A stretch of DNA of 64,000 bases from Squalus acanthias. Taxonomy: Eukaryota. The notes under the pieces were generated by a model. That model searched no databases. It saw only the letters and a program-made list of their open reading frames with translations, and was not told where the DNA came from. Positions within the stretch are counted from its first letter, which is position 1. Each line of letters starts with the position of its first letter. The stretch is from NCBI GenBank assembly GCA_030390025.1, contig CM059430.1, positions 72,726,001 to 72,790,000 on the forward strand, in the 5' to 3' direction. A program made the position numbers and the translations under genes. This document shows, piece after piece, positions 1 to 12,234 of this stretch.

Positions 1-1020
1 TGTGGGATCAGGGGGAAGTGGGATGCGAGAGGAACGATTAGGAAGTGCCATACCGTCATTATTAGCAACGGCTTGAACTTCTCCCGTTGCCACGGCCTTG
101 GTCACTGCCCCTTCAATAATGCCAAACATGGATTCCTCCATTTCACTGGGGTTCTTTACAACGGCTTGACGCCTCCCTTCTGCCGCTGTTCAATACTGTA
201 CTGCGCCATCTTTGCTGTAAGCGAAGTGTGTCGGTGAGTATAGTGCAATGTGTTTGGGTAATGTGCCTTCCATATTTGAATAGCTTCAGTGTGTGCAAGA
301 TGTGAGATGTGGATGTGAGTGTTGCAGTGGTGGTAAGGTTGTGAAGGTGATGTGAAGGCATGATTTTGAGCTATGAGTGGTGATAGCTAGAGATTGCAGG
401 TAGCTGAGTGATAGGGTGTGGTGCGTTGAGCAGTGTGTGAAGCTTATGGTGCAGATGGTGGGCTATGGCATTTGCTGAAGCCTTCACTCACCTTGACCTG
501 CTGTGTGAGGTAATTAAACTTTTTTCGGCACTGGATCCACATCCTTGGAATCACACTGGTTGCGGTGACAGAGTTAGTTATCTCCTCCAAGAGCCTTCTG
601 CAAGTAGACTTGGATGGCTTCCTGCCAGCATCCGGAAGGCCACACGCCCTCTTTTAAAGGCCACGTCGAAGGGCTACAGTGCAGCATCCGCGAAACTTTG
701 TGCTCGCTCCCTTGGTTGCTGAGCCAGGTCTTCAGCCTGACTGACAAAGAGATGCTGCTGCAACAAAGCACCTCCCCTTTAAGTACTGCAGAGAGTCAAG
801 CCCAATCATTTCTGGCAATTAGACTGCACCCGAGAAAGGCCCACCTGTTCATCGGTAAGCCAATCAAAAACGCGTTTTAACTGAGATTCAGAGCTCCAAT
901 CATAATAATGAGCAGGCAGCACAAATTTTGCTTGCTGCATGCACCGCTTTCAAGGGGCACAGGCAAATAGCCCCGGCACTTGGAACCGCCAATTTTCTGG
1001 CCGAAACCAATATCTAGGCC
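1..1020 (-). mobile_element. PIF/Harbinger transposon remnant (Myb/SANT-like gene fragment and one terminus)
   Basis: The minus strand near 480-530 reads KKFNYLTQQVK followed by a gtgagtgaaggc donor, matching the Myb/SANT exon at 55320-55366. The terminal segment 975-1020 resembles the left end of the Harbinger at about 54776. Confidence 0.6.
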
Positions 1021-3560
1021 AAAATATATTTGCTTAGAGCTGAGGAGCAGAAGAAAAACTGTTACTCTGCTGGGTGTATGTAAAGACCACCAAATATTAG
1101 TAAGAATATAGAGGAGCATGTCTGCAAGCAAATTTCAGAAATATGTAAATATGATAGGTTACTGATAATCGGGGACTTTACTTATCCTAATATGGACTGG
1201 GGAAACATTGTGAAGTGCAAAGATGGGGAGGAAAACCTAAAATGTATACAGGAGTACTTTATTGATCAGTAAGCAACTTGGCAAACGAGGAAGGAAGCAG
1301 TGCTGGCTCTAGTTCTAGGGAATGGACTGGGTCAAATGGAGCATGTTTCAGTGGCAGAGTATCTGGGAAACAGTGATCGCAATGTCATTATGTTTAGAGT
1401 AGTAATGGAAAGGAACAGGAACAATCAAACGTGAAGATTCCAAACTGGAAGAGGGCCAATTTCAGTGAGTTGAATGTGCATCTGACTCAGTTCGACTGGA
1501 AAAGATTGGCAGACAAAACCGTAAATGAGCAATGGGAGGCCATCAAAGAACAGATAGTGCGGGTACAGACTAAAGACATTCCTTGGAGGGGGACTGGAGG
1601 TTCATCCAAAAATAGAGTTCCCTGGATAACTAAAGATCTTGAGATTAAAATGAAGCAGAAAAAAGGAGTCGTATAACAACAGGTTCATAATTTAGTGGAG
1701 CATCAAGCAGAATACAGAAAGTGCAGAGGAACACTTAGAAAGTGAAATACGAGGAGCAATGTGAATGAATGAGAAAAGAATAGCGGGTAAGATACAAGAG
1801 AACACAGACGTCTTTTATGAACATATAAAGATTAAAAGGATAGTCAAAGCAGGTTTGGGGCCGATTCGGGACCAAAAAGGAAATCTTCTCTTGAAGGCAG
1901 AGAGCAAGGCTAAGGTACTAAATGAGTAGGATACTATTATTGCAGTAAAGGAGGAGGGATTAAAAAAGGATCAAATGGATAAATAGGAGGTAATTGAAAG
2001 GTAGGCTATGCTTAAAGTAGGATGGGATGCATCCTAAGGTTGCTGAGGGAAGTAAGGGTGGAAATAGCGGAGGCTCTGGCCGCAATCTTTCAATCCTCCT
2101 TGTGGTTGGGGGTTGTGCCAGATAACTGCAGGGTTGTTAATGTACACCACTGTTCAAAAAATGGAAATGGATAAACCGAGCATCATTCAGGCCACAGCCT
2201 ATTCTCGGTAGTGCAGATTTTTTTATATATCATAATCAGCAACATACTTTTTTTCACTTGGAAAAATATACGTTCATTAATGACAGTAAGCATGGATTTT
2301 TTTCAAAGGCAAGTTCTGTCTGACAAATCTGATTGAGTTCTTCGCGATGAAATAACAGAGGCTTGCTGTAGGTAATGCAGTTGATTTTGTGTACATAGAC
2401 TTGCAAAAGGCATTTGATGAAGTGTCACACTATACACTTGTTCTAAAAATTGGAGGCTGTGGGTTTAGAGGTGGAGTGAGAACATTGATACGAAATTGCC
2501 TAAGAGACAGAAAGCAGAGTTTCGTGGTAAACGGTTGTTCTTCATACTGAATGGAAGTAAATAGTGGTGTTCCCCAGTTATTTTTATTAGGATCACTGCT
2601 CTTTTTGAGATATATTAATGATCTGGACTTGGGAATATGTGGCACAATTTTTAAATTTGCAGATACCTCAAAACTTGAAAATGTAGTAAGCAGTGGGGAT
2701 GATAGTAGCAGACTTCAGGAGGACAGACCCTGACTGGTGAAATGGGCAGACACATGTTCGATCACATAGAATGCAGAAAAGTGTGAAGTGATGCATTTTG
2801 GGAGCAAGAATGCGAGGCATTATAAACTAAATGGTACAATTTTAAAGTGGGAGCTGGAACAGACAGACCGGTAGATTCACATACACACATATTTGCAGCT
2901 GGCACGATTAGTTGATCAGATTGCTAAAAAAAATTATATAATTGGCTTTAGAAATAAAACCATACAGTACAAAAGCAGGGAAGTTATGCTGAACATTTAT
3001 AGATCACTGGTTAGGCCTCAGCTGGAGTATTTTGTCCAATTGTGGGCACCGCACTTTAGGAAGGATGTCCAGGTATTACAGAGAGTGCACATTAAACTTA
3101 TAAGTATTATAACAGGGATGAAGGATTTTAGTTATGTGGAGAGACTGGAGAAATTGGGATGTTTCTCCTTAAAGCAGAGAAGGTTACAAGTTATTTTATT
3201 AGAGGTGGTAAAGATTTTGAGATGCTTTTGTAAAATGAATAATGAGAAATTGTTTCCACTGGCAGGAGGGTAGGCAACAAGAGGACACTGAGAAAAGGTA
3301 ATTTTCAAAAAAGCCGGGGGAAAATTCGGAGATTTTATAACGCAATGAGCTGCTATGATCCGGAAAGCACTGCCTGAAAGGGTGAAGAAAAATATTCAAT
3401 AGTGACTTTCAGAAGGAATTGGTTATATGCTTGAGAATGAAATATGTGCAGGGCTACTGTGAAAGGCCGGGCGAGTTGGGCTATTTTGGATAGCTGTTTC
3501 AAAGAACCGGCACAGGAACGATGGGTCGAATGGCCTCCTTTTGTGCTGTAAGTTTCTACG
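1021..3560 (+). mobile_element. Decayed CR1-clade LINE (ORF2 endonuclease-RT fragments and 3' end)
   Basis: Broken ORFs carry CR1 ORF2 motifs (GDF, NWKRANF, VNSGVPQ, FKFAD, LVRPQLEY..WAPH). A CR1 3' tail (gggtcgaatggcctcct...tttcta) lies at about 3520-3560. Confidence 0.9.
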
Positions 3561-3829
3561 AGTCTAGGTGGCGTCATTACGGTTTCACGGCAGCTGGGGA
3601 TGTGTAATCAATGCAAACTGTGAGAACTTCGCAAATTCGGATCAAAAATTAATAAATGGATTAAAGAACAATGTTTTTACTGAGATATAACGACTGAATC
3701 AAAATAACCCATACTTTAAAAAAGTGTGAAAATAATTATGTGTCGAATGTACTCACTGTAAAAATAGAAATCCTATGCAACATGAATGAGTACGGCGGCT
3801 AAAATAGGATTAAAAAGTCAAATAATACA

Positions 3830-5385
3830 TGCAAAGGTGTTGCTATGGGTACCTGCATGGGTCCTAGCTATGCCTGACTTTTCGTGGAATATGTGGAACA
3901 CTCTTTGTTCCAGTCCTACTCGGGTCCCCTCCCTCACCTCTTTTTCCGATACATTTTGACGACTGTATCGGTGCCGTTTCCTGCTCTCGCCCTGAAGTAG
4001 ACAATTTCATTCACTTTGCCTCCAATTTCCACGCTTCCCTCACCTTCACATGGTCCATCTCCGAATCTTCCCTTCCCTTCCTCGACTCCTCCGTCTCCAT
4101 CTCCGGGGATAGGTTATTGACCAACATTCATTACAAGCCCATTGAATCCCACAGCTACCTGGACTACACTTCCTCCCACCCCGCCTCCTGTAAGGACTCT
4201 ATTCCCTTCTCCCAATTTCTCCGTCTCTGCCGCATCTGCTCTGACGATGCCACCTTCCATGCCAGTGCTTCCGACATGTCTTCCTTTTTCCTCAACCGAG
4301 GATTCCCCTCTACCGTGGTCGACACGGCCCTCAACCGTGTCCGTTCTACCTCCCACTTTCTGCCCTCACCCCGGCCCCTCCCTCCCGGAACCACGATAGA
4401 GTTCCTCTTGTCCTCACCTTTCACCCTACCAGCCTCCACATTCAATGGATCATCCTCCGCCATTTCCGCCACCTCCAACGTGATCCCACCACCAAAGGTA
4501 TCTTCCCCTCACCTCCCCTTTCAGCATTCCATAGGGACCGCTCCCTCCGAGACACCCTAGTCCACTCCTCTATCACCCCCAGCACCCCTTCATCCTCGCC
4601 CGGCACCTACCCGTGCAAGTGCAGGAGATGCAACACCTGCCCTTATAGATCCCCCCTTCCCATCCACCAGGGCCCCAAACACACCTTCCAGGTGAAACAG
4701 AGATTTACTTGTACTTCTTGCAATTTAGTATACTGTATTCACTGCTTACGATGTGGTCTCCTCTACATTGGGGAGACCAAATGCAGATTAGGTGACCGCT
4801 TTGCGAAAAACCTCCCTTCAGTCCGTAAGGGTGACCCCGAGCTTCCTGTCGCTTGCCATTTAAATTCACCTCTCCACGCCCACTCAGACCTCACCGTCCA
4901 TGGCCTCGTGCATTTTTCCACGGAAGCTCAGCGTAAGCTCGAGGAACAGCACCTCATCTTTCGTTTAGGCACTTTACAGCCTTCCGGACTCAATATCGAG
5001 TTCAACAATTTCAGATCATAACCGCGGCCCCCACCACAAATATATACATTTTATCCACCCCTTTTGGTTCATGCCTTTTTCCTTTTTTTTCTCTCTCTCC
5101 CCCTACGGCAGCTGTCTCTCATTCTGCCAGCATTTCACACCTCACCTTTTGTTTGTTAACCTGTCCCATTACCATCTCTTCTTGCCTTGAGCATTTCTTA
5201 ATGTCTCTACTTACCATACTTATTCCACCCTCCTCCAGCCTCCCCCTTGCATTTTTATCTGTTTCATTTGCTGCTCTTTTCTCAGTTCTGATGAAGGGTT
5301 TCGACCGGAAACGTTAACTCTGTTTCTCTCTCCACGGATGTTGCCTGGCCTGCTGAGTTTTTCCAGCGTTTTCTGTTGTTGTTTC
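3830..5385 (+). mobile_element. Penelope-like retroelement, 5'-truncated and inactivated (RT C-terminus, GIY-YIG endonuclease, pLTR-like end)
   Basis: RT motif KGVAMGTCMGPSYA, then HSYLDYTSSHP..CKDSIPFSQFLRLCRICS. GIY-YIG segment NLVYCIHCLRCGLLYIGETK..LGDRF ends in LGTLQPSGLN (ORF 4692-5021). A stop and frameshifts are present. Confidence 0.9.
5284..5319 (+). ncRNA. Minimal type I hammerhead ribozyme-like motif in the Penelope terminal repeat
   Basis: AGUU-CUGAUGA-A-GGGU-UUCG-ACCG-GAAAC-GUU-AACU contains the core boxes CUGAUGA and GAAA, a stem II hairpin, palindromic ACGU in place of stem III, and a 4-bp stem I. Stem II closes with a G-G mismatch. Confidence 0.65.
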
Positions 5386-5825
5386 ATGCAAAGGATAAAC
5401 TGGGAATGATTTTGGACAGATATAGAAATGTACTGCAACATATTAGAGTTGAGTGGAGATTAAAACGGCGCCGGGGAGGTGAATAAAATTGAATATTCAG
5501 AACACCAAAAAAACCTTCTGATGTCATAAAATGTTAGGCGCCTTTTTAGAGGCAAAAACCGTTGTGATGTTAATTATACATTTAAACACCACACTCGGAC
5601 AGTTAGGACACTAAACGGTGTGTTTCTTTCTACCTCCCCTCGTCCTTGAGTGTCTTTAATTTGTGAATTTGAAGCAGGGCTGTATTTGGGAAAATTAAAT
5701 TCAGTTTGGCTTTAATTTATTTTCCAAACTTTAGCGAGAACCCGGGTTTATTTCCTTGTTTGATCTGATTGTTGTACTGTGAACGCTTAAATCGGCATTT
5801 AGCAGTTTGTGGTCAGTCCAATAAA

Positions 5826-6190
5826 GCATTTTACTTTCATTTACATGTCGCGTTGTTACATTTCAAACTTTCAGAGGCTTCACACAGCTAATTATTTTTA
5901 CACCGCGGCGACTGTCGATTACACAAGAGCCAGAATCAATCCACAAACAGCACTACCGATAATATCCAGCTAATCAGCTTCTTAAGTGGTAATATAGATA
6001 GTGCAATGATGACCAGGGCCACCAAAAGTGCTGTGGAATCTGTACCGAGTGTGTGAACAGACAGAAGGCTTCGCCTTAACATTTCATCTGAAGGACTCCG
6101 CCTCGTACGTCCTGAATACCGCAGCGGAACATGCGCTCAAATCAAGTTCGAACCAACATCCTCACAACCGGAGATGAGCGTACTAACAAT
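5826..6190 (-). mobile_element. Old degenerate DeuSINE (SacSINE1-like) copy
   Basis: Diverged but collinear with the clear copy at 31705-32190. Confidence 0.5.
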
Positions 6191-7214
6191 ACTGATATTG
6201 CAATAGACCAGGTTCAATTTGCCGCACTAACCGCTGCATATATCTACCCAGGATAAGAGCGTTCAAATATTCTTGACAATTGTATTTTGTCTTGTCCAGT
6301 CGGTCATACCGGTGATTAACAGCTCCTGATCCTTACCTAACGGGATTAACTGCGCACTTCCAGTTCTTTATATTCTGGATGTTTCAGGTCATATAGTGCA
6401 GGTTCCATCATTCAAAGATGAATTGGGAGCATGAAGCGGACATGTAGACCGGAGAACACTACAATTCTTCTGCAAGACTGAAGGGATCAAAAGCGAATGG
6501 ACTTGCATTTTCATATAAGTTGTAACAACAGCCTCTCCTAATTTTCACCCCCAATAAGAAGCGTTTCTTCTTTATAACAATTGACACGTTAATAGAAAGC
6601 ACCCACATTTCTCGCGATGAAGCTGTGGAAAAATGAAGGATGTCTCGTTCTAAAGCTAAACCTGTATTGGTTTATCTTGCTATGTTTTGCAAATTGGATA
6701 CCGCGTGGTGAGCAGTTCTCTCGTGTGAACTGTAAAAAGGTACTGCCAAGAGCAGTACGAATACTGATATTCGACATCCCCTTAAAATATTTACAATTAT
6801 GAAATAATTCAATCTAAATGCTTCACTTTAACTACTTTTTCGGAATTTTACACAGTTGTTTAGAATACAACTGGGCAATCCACATAACAATTTCTATTTT
6901 ATTCAAGGTGAAATCCTGTAACAATTACTCCAATTGTGAGATATTGTATTAGTGAACAAAATAAGTTCAAGAGGAGCCCTGTTACCTTGGAAAAAGTAAT
7001 TTCGGTTAACTGGTTCACAATAAGTAACTTAATGGCTCCATAAAACAGCAAACACAGGAGGCGATCATAAAGGGATGAAAACTAGAACGATGATCTCCTG
7101 TGGTACGTCAACAATCTTGAGCATTAACAAAAATAGTGCGGGGTAGATGAAGAAAGGTGGAAGCAAAAGGGTTCGGAACTGAAACAAGTGCACATCGCGT
7201 AATTTACTGGCGGT

Positions 7215-8660
7215 GGTTCAAAACAATACAATGAATAGACATCGAAGCAATATTAAAGTCCAGGGGGCAATGATTTAAATTAATTTGTCGAAGGATTAGA
7301 GGGGAGTTGAGGAGAACCTTTTTCACCCAGAGGGTGCTTGGGATCTGGAATTCACTGCCTGAAAGGGTGGTAAAGGTAGAGACCCTCATCGCATTTTAAA
7401 AAGTTCGTGGATATGAACTTGAAGTGCAATGATACGGACTAAGAGCTGGAAAGTGGGATTAGGCTGAATGTCTATTTTTCGGCCGGCACAGACACGGTAT
7501 ACCGAATGACCTCGTTCTGTGCCGTAAATCTCTATGATTATAGGATTAAGTGGATGGTGGCAGCGTGTATACGAAATTGGCTAAGGAACAGAAAGTGAAG
7601 AATAGTGGTGAACGGCTGTTTTTAAGACTGGATGTAAGTATGCAATGGTGTTCCCATGGGGTCGGTAATAGGACCATTGCTATTTTTTATATATATTAAT
7701 GTCCTAACTTGGGTTGCCAGGGCATAATTTCAAAGTTTGCAGATGATATGAAAATCTGAAATCTAGGAAACAATGAGCGGCATAGTAACAAACAAACATC
7801 AGGAGGACATAGATGTACGTGAAATGGGCAAACTCATGGCAGATGACATTTAACGTGGAGAAGTGTGATGTGATACATTTTGGTGGAAGAATGAGGAGAG
7901 ACAATATGAACTAAATGGTGCAATTTTAAAGATGGTGCAGAAACAGAGAGACCTGGAGGAATGTGTACACAAATCTTTGAAGGTGGCAGTATAAGTGAGA
8001 AGGCCATAAAAAAGCCGAGGGATTCTTGGCTTTATTAATAGAGGCATCGAGTAGACAAGTAAGGAAGTTATGCTAAATCTTTATAACGCTCTGGTTAGGC
8101 GTCAGCTGGAATAATGTGCCCAATTCTGGGCACCCCACTTTGGGAAGGATGTAAAGGCCTTCGAGTCAGTGGAGAACAGATTTACTAGAACGGTACGAGG
8201 GTTGAGGGACATCAGTTATGTGCAGCGATTGGAGAACATGGCTTGTTCTCCTTGGCGTTGAGCCGAGAGGGTTAGCATGAGATTTGATAGGAGTGATTAA
8301 GATCATGAAGGGTTTTGATAAAGTAAATAAGTCGATATTGTTTCCAGTCGCAGAAAGCTCGGTAACCCGAGGACACAGATTTAAAGTGATCGGGAAAAGA
8401 ACTGGAGGCGACATGAGGACTTTTTTTTACACAGCATGTTGTTGTAATCTGGAAAGAATTGCCTGAAAGGTTTGAAGCAAATTTAACAGTACATTTCAAA
8501 CGGAAATTAGATTGGATAAATACTTGGAAGGGGAAATCCTACAGATCTATGGGGGACACAGACAGTGAGTGGGACTAACTGGATAGCTCTTTCCAACAGC
8601 CTGCACAGATGCGATGGGCCGACTGCGTTCCTTCGGAGTTGTGTAATTCTATGATTATAT
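7215..8660 (+). mobile_element. Two adjacent CR1 3' fragments
   Basis: RT C-terminal and 3'UTR sequences, with CR1 tails at about 7540 (tctatgatta) and about 8655 (ttctatgatta). Confidence 0.85.
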
Positions 8661-8810
8661 GAACAGTAAGGCCTCAACTGTACCTTGGGCCCCCATCTAT
8701 AGGTATTAATTTCATCAAAGATTCCCCTTCCTGTTGGTATCCAGTTTCTCCCTCTAGAATATGCTGGTATGGACGGGGTTTGTTCAATTTCTGGTGCGAC
8801 CAAGGTGCAA

Positions 8811-9245
8811 TAAGAAGAAACGCTTTACATTTATATAGCGCCTTTCACACATTCAAGCCTCCCAAAACACGTCATAACCAATTAATTACTTTTGGAAAGT
8901 TGTCTCACTTGTTATATAGGAACATATGGCAGTCAAATCGCGCAACGAAAGAGGCCACACACAACAATGAGAACAGTCTTCTGTTGATCTGTATCGGTGG
9001 CGTTGGTAGTGTAATAAACATAGGCTGCTCGAGTAGTGCTATGGGATCTTTTACATTATGAACAAGCTGATAGGGTTTCCATTTAATGTCTCTTCCGAAT
9101 AGTAGTGCTTCTAACAAATAGTACGGTAGACAATGCAGCATACCTTCCGAAAAGCGCTGAAATGTTAGCCGAGGTTATGCGTTCAAGGCCTGTCGAAGGG
9201 CTTTAAACTCATACCCGTCTGACTCAGACATGAGATACAACCACA
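8811..9245 (-). mobile_element. Degenerate DeuSINE (SacSINE1-like)
   Basis: The tail catttatatagcgcctttcac and the body are collinear with 31705-32190. Confidence 0.7.
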
Positions 9246-9281
9246 CAAAGGTCGTTACTCCAACGCTGTGCACAGACCAAT

Positions 9282-9881
9282 GGGCCAGAAATTCGGGTCT
9301 CCACAGGTGAGTACGCGCTGTGTACTCACCCGTCGACACAACGAAAGTGCCGGTTTTTCAGTGAGGGTAAGTCCCCAGCAGTTGCGCGGGGGAAAAAGCA
9401 GCCGCAAGGCCTGCTTTTAACAAGGTAAGTGGTGAATTAACAAAAATTCAAACATTTTTTCAACAGGTTTATTATTTTTAAATACTTTAAAGAAAGGTAA
9501 GTTTATTTTTAGCCCCGTTAAAAAGTGCAATTAATTTTTTCAAAAATTTAAATTATTGTTTAAAATAGTTATTTTGTGTAATTTATAGTTATTTTAAAAA
9601 TGTGATGTTTGAAGTTTTAGTGAGGATTTGGGGCCGAGCCTTCCTGTCAAATCCATGAATGGAGATTCCATGCTCCGTTTGGCTCTCCATGGCCCACGTG
9701 ATCCCAGGGGACGCTTCGAACTAATTGCACCCCTGGGATACCCAAGCACTGCACACCGGCAGCTGCAGGAGGCCCAGGATCAGAATCCCACGCGGGCCCA
9801 GAGCACAACGGCAGGCGCACGAGGTAAGTGCAGGTTGGGGGCTTGCACCCGCGGGAAGCCTCCGACCCGAATTTCTGGCCC
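9282..9881. mobile_element. Harbinger/Tourist-like MITE (600 bp)
   Basis: Perfect 18-bp TIR gggccagaaattcgggtc / gacccgaatttctggccc, 3-bp TSD AAT on both sides, AT-rich core, no coding capacity. Confidence 0.85.
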
Positions 9882-10677
9882 AATCTATGTGTGATCAGAA
9901 TGCAATCTTAAAGTTGGGGCAGTGTAGAAAGTCTTTCTGGTTCCTTGGAGCTAAAATCGGCCAGGTTCTGTTAAAGGTGGGCTGTGTGTTCCGCCAGTTT
10001 ACCTGCCCGGGCGGTGAAGGTGAAAATGACCCCCAGATGTGGTGACTGAATATTACACCTTCTGAGTGTACGCGTCCTGAATACAGTTTTGATAAATATG
10101 CCTGGGAATGCAACATATTTCAAAGCTCGAGAGAAGGGCCCACAGAACGGTAGTCCGGCGAAAAAGTAACCAAATCTCTTGGTCCAGTACAGGCAGTGGA
10201 TCGATGTTCAACTTGCGGCACTGTACTTATGTTGGTTTTGCCAATCGTACAGCTGTTAATGATACAGCCAATTGATTCCAATGGAATATGTTTTTACATT
10301 CTTATGTTCTTATGAAATATAAATCGGGCGATTTGTATAACGGGCTGCCAATCCGGAACAGCCGTTCAAAATCTACCCCGTTGGGAGTTATTTCAACTTA
10401 ACCCCGTTGTGGGGATCTGATGCGATTAGATGTCCAGTTTTGTATTCAACGGAAAGTAAAGCTCGGTGGGTTTGCAGATCTGAGCCAGTGAGTTTATAAT
10501 TATTGGGGTGAAATTCATCTTCAGCGACAACGAAAAACGGACGATAAGGAACGTGCAGTTCACTTGACGTCCGCCAGATATTCGTTTCCATGGAAAACAA
10601 AATTGCGCCGGGTGAAAAACGGGCTACCGATGAAGATCAATTACATCCATTGGCTTCGTGATATATAAAGAGATATA

Positions 10678-11410
10678 GGCCCGTATTTTCCGATCGGAGG
10701 CTCCCTGCCTGCTGAGGCCTCTGATCTGGAAAACATCTACAAACTTACCTGAGGAATCTGAGGTGGTTATACTTCCGCTACTGGGCCTCTCCAAACTCGA
10801 AATGCGCAGGGCCCAGGTATCCCAGAGGCGCATGCATTTCGCAAGCGCTCCTGGGATCAGGTAAACCATGGGGAGCCAATAGGAGAAGGGAATCTCCCTT
10901 CATAGACTTGACAGATAGACCTGTCAAATATTTGAATGGAGATCACCCCAAAAACACGGTAAAACATTAATAATTTTTAAAAAACAAATCACATTTTTAA
11001 AATGAGTTGAAATTACAATAAATTAAATATTTTAAACAAAAATATCATTTTTTGAAAAAAAAATAATTGATGTTTTTTACGGGGCTAAAAATAAACTTAC
11101 CTTTTTAAAAGCATTTTTAAATGATAAATGAGTGAATTTTTTTTTACTTTTTCAACTCTTTTTCAACGCTTTTACCAGGCGTAAGATTTCTAAGGGTTTT
11201 CTGCGGGCGGAGGTTCTCCAGAAAGCGGAACTATCCGCCCGCATAGACCCTTCTGTAGGGCAGGCATCCGATCTGTCAAGAACATTTTTGACAGATTGGA
11301 AATACCGGTTTTCAGCGCATACGCTTTGCATGCCTGAAACCGGCATTTCCAATGACCCTACGGGTGTGTATACAGCTCATACACACCCGTAGGCATCGGA
11401 ATATATGGCA
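10678..11410. mobile_element. Harbinger-like MITE of the same general family
   Basis: Imperfect TIR (ggcccgtattttccgat / atcggaatatatggca). Shares internal blocks (gcgcatgc, ctgggatca, aaataaacttacc, AT core) with 9282 and 15305. Confidence 0.7.
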
Positions 11411-11541
11411 ATAATTAAAATAACTCTGGATGAAGGTTTAACGCAAAAGAACTCTTGGAATTTGTTAATGCAGCCTGAGTTGCAAATTATTCAAGAACAC
11501 TGTAGTCATATCCCAGTTATAATATTGTTATTGCTTTAATA

Positions 11542-11635
11542 TCAAATGCTGAATACTAACATTTGGGGTAGCAATACATAGATTTTATTGTTCACTAGAC
11601 AATCAACTAGGTTTATATATGTGGCTGAAGAACTA
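11542..11635 (-). CDS. Gene A candidate alternative terminal cytoplasmic exon (C-SSSATYINLVDCLVNNKIYVLLPQMLVFSI*)
   Basis: A long polypyrimidine tract ends in ttttcag, and the phase 2 acceptor matches the TM exon donor. There is no transcript evidence. Confidence 0.3.
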
Positions 11636-12234
11636 CTGAAAAGGCAAAAAAAGTAAAAATGAACAAATAACAAAAGCCACTGAGGTAAGCTTTGGATAAC
11701 AGCAAAATACCAACTATGAAAAAGCATTAGGGTACATGTTAATATAAATCTAGGTTACAATCTGCCAAAAATCAACAAGCTAGCAAAATTGTTTTCACCC
11801 TGCGGGGCAAGATGAATTCTACCCCGTGTCGTCTTTATATAATAAGTCATTAGTTGAGATCCAAATAAACTACAAATGTATTGATCAATTGTTGATATGC
11901 AAGTTTAATTAATCGTTCAGCAATATAAAGTTGGCTTTTTGCAGAACGTCTTTCACGCAACTGCTTTAAATTCGACCTACTTAAGTATATTTTCTTACAA
12001 TTCATTGGCTAATTTCTAAGGCTGTCCTGAAGACCGCAGGTTAAATTTCCAATTTCTTTTGAACGTCAGTACTACCATGCAAAGGGAAACCAGATTTTGA
12101 AGATTAAGAAAATGATCATTGACGGCGTTATGCTGCAATTCTTTCCTTGTAATAATTGGCAGCAATAGTTCGACGATTGTAACTTCCAGCAGTTCAGGCA
12201 CATCGATCTCTCCTGAGCTGCTCCGTTTCAGTTC

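Noticed and set aside
5400-7200. Exons of a third receptor paralogue in unique-looking sequence
   Set aside because: I found no YYC/FYP motifs and no ATG-initiated phase 1 leader. Small exons could have been missed.
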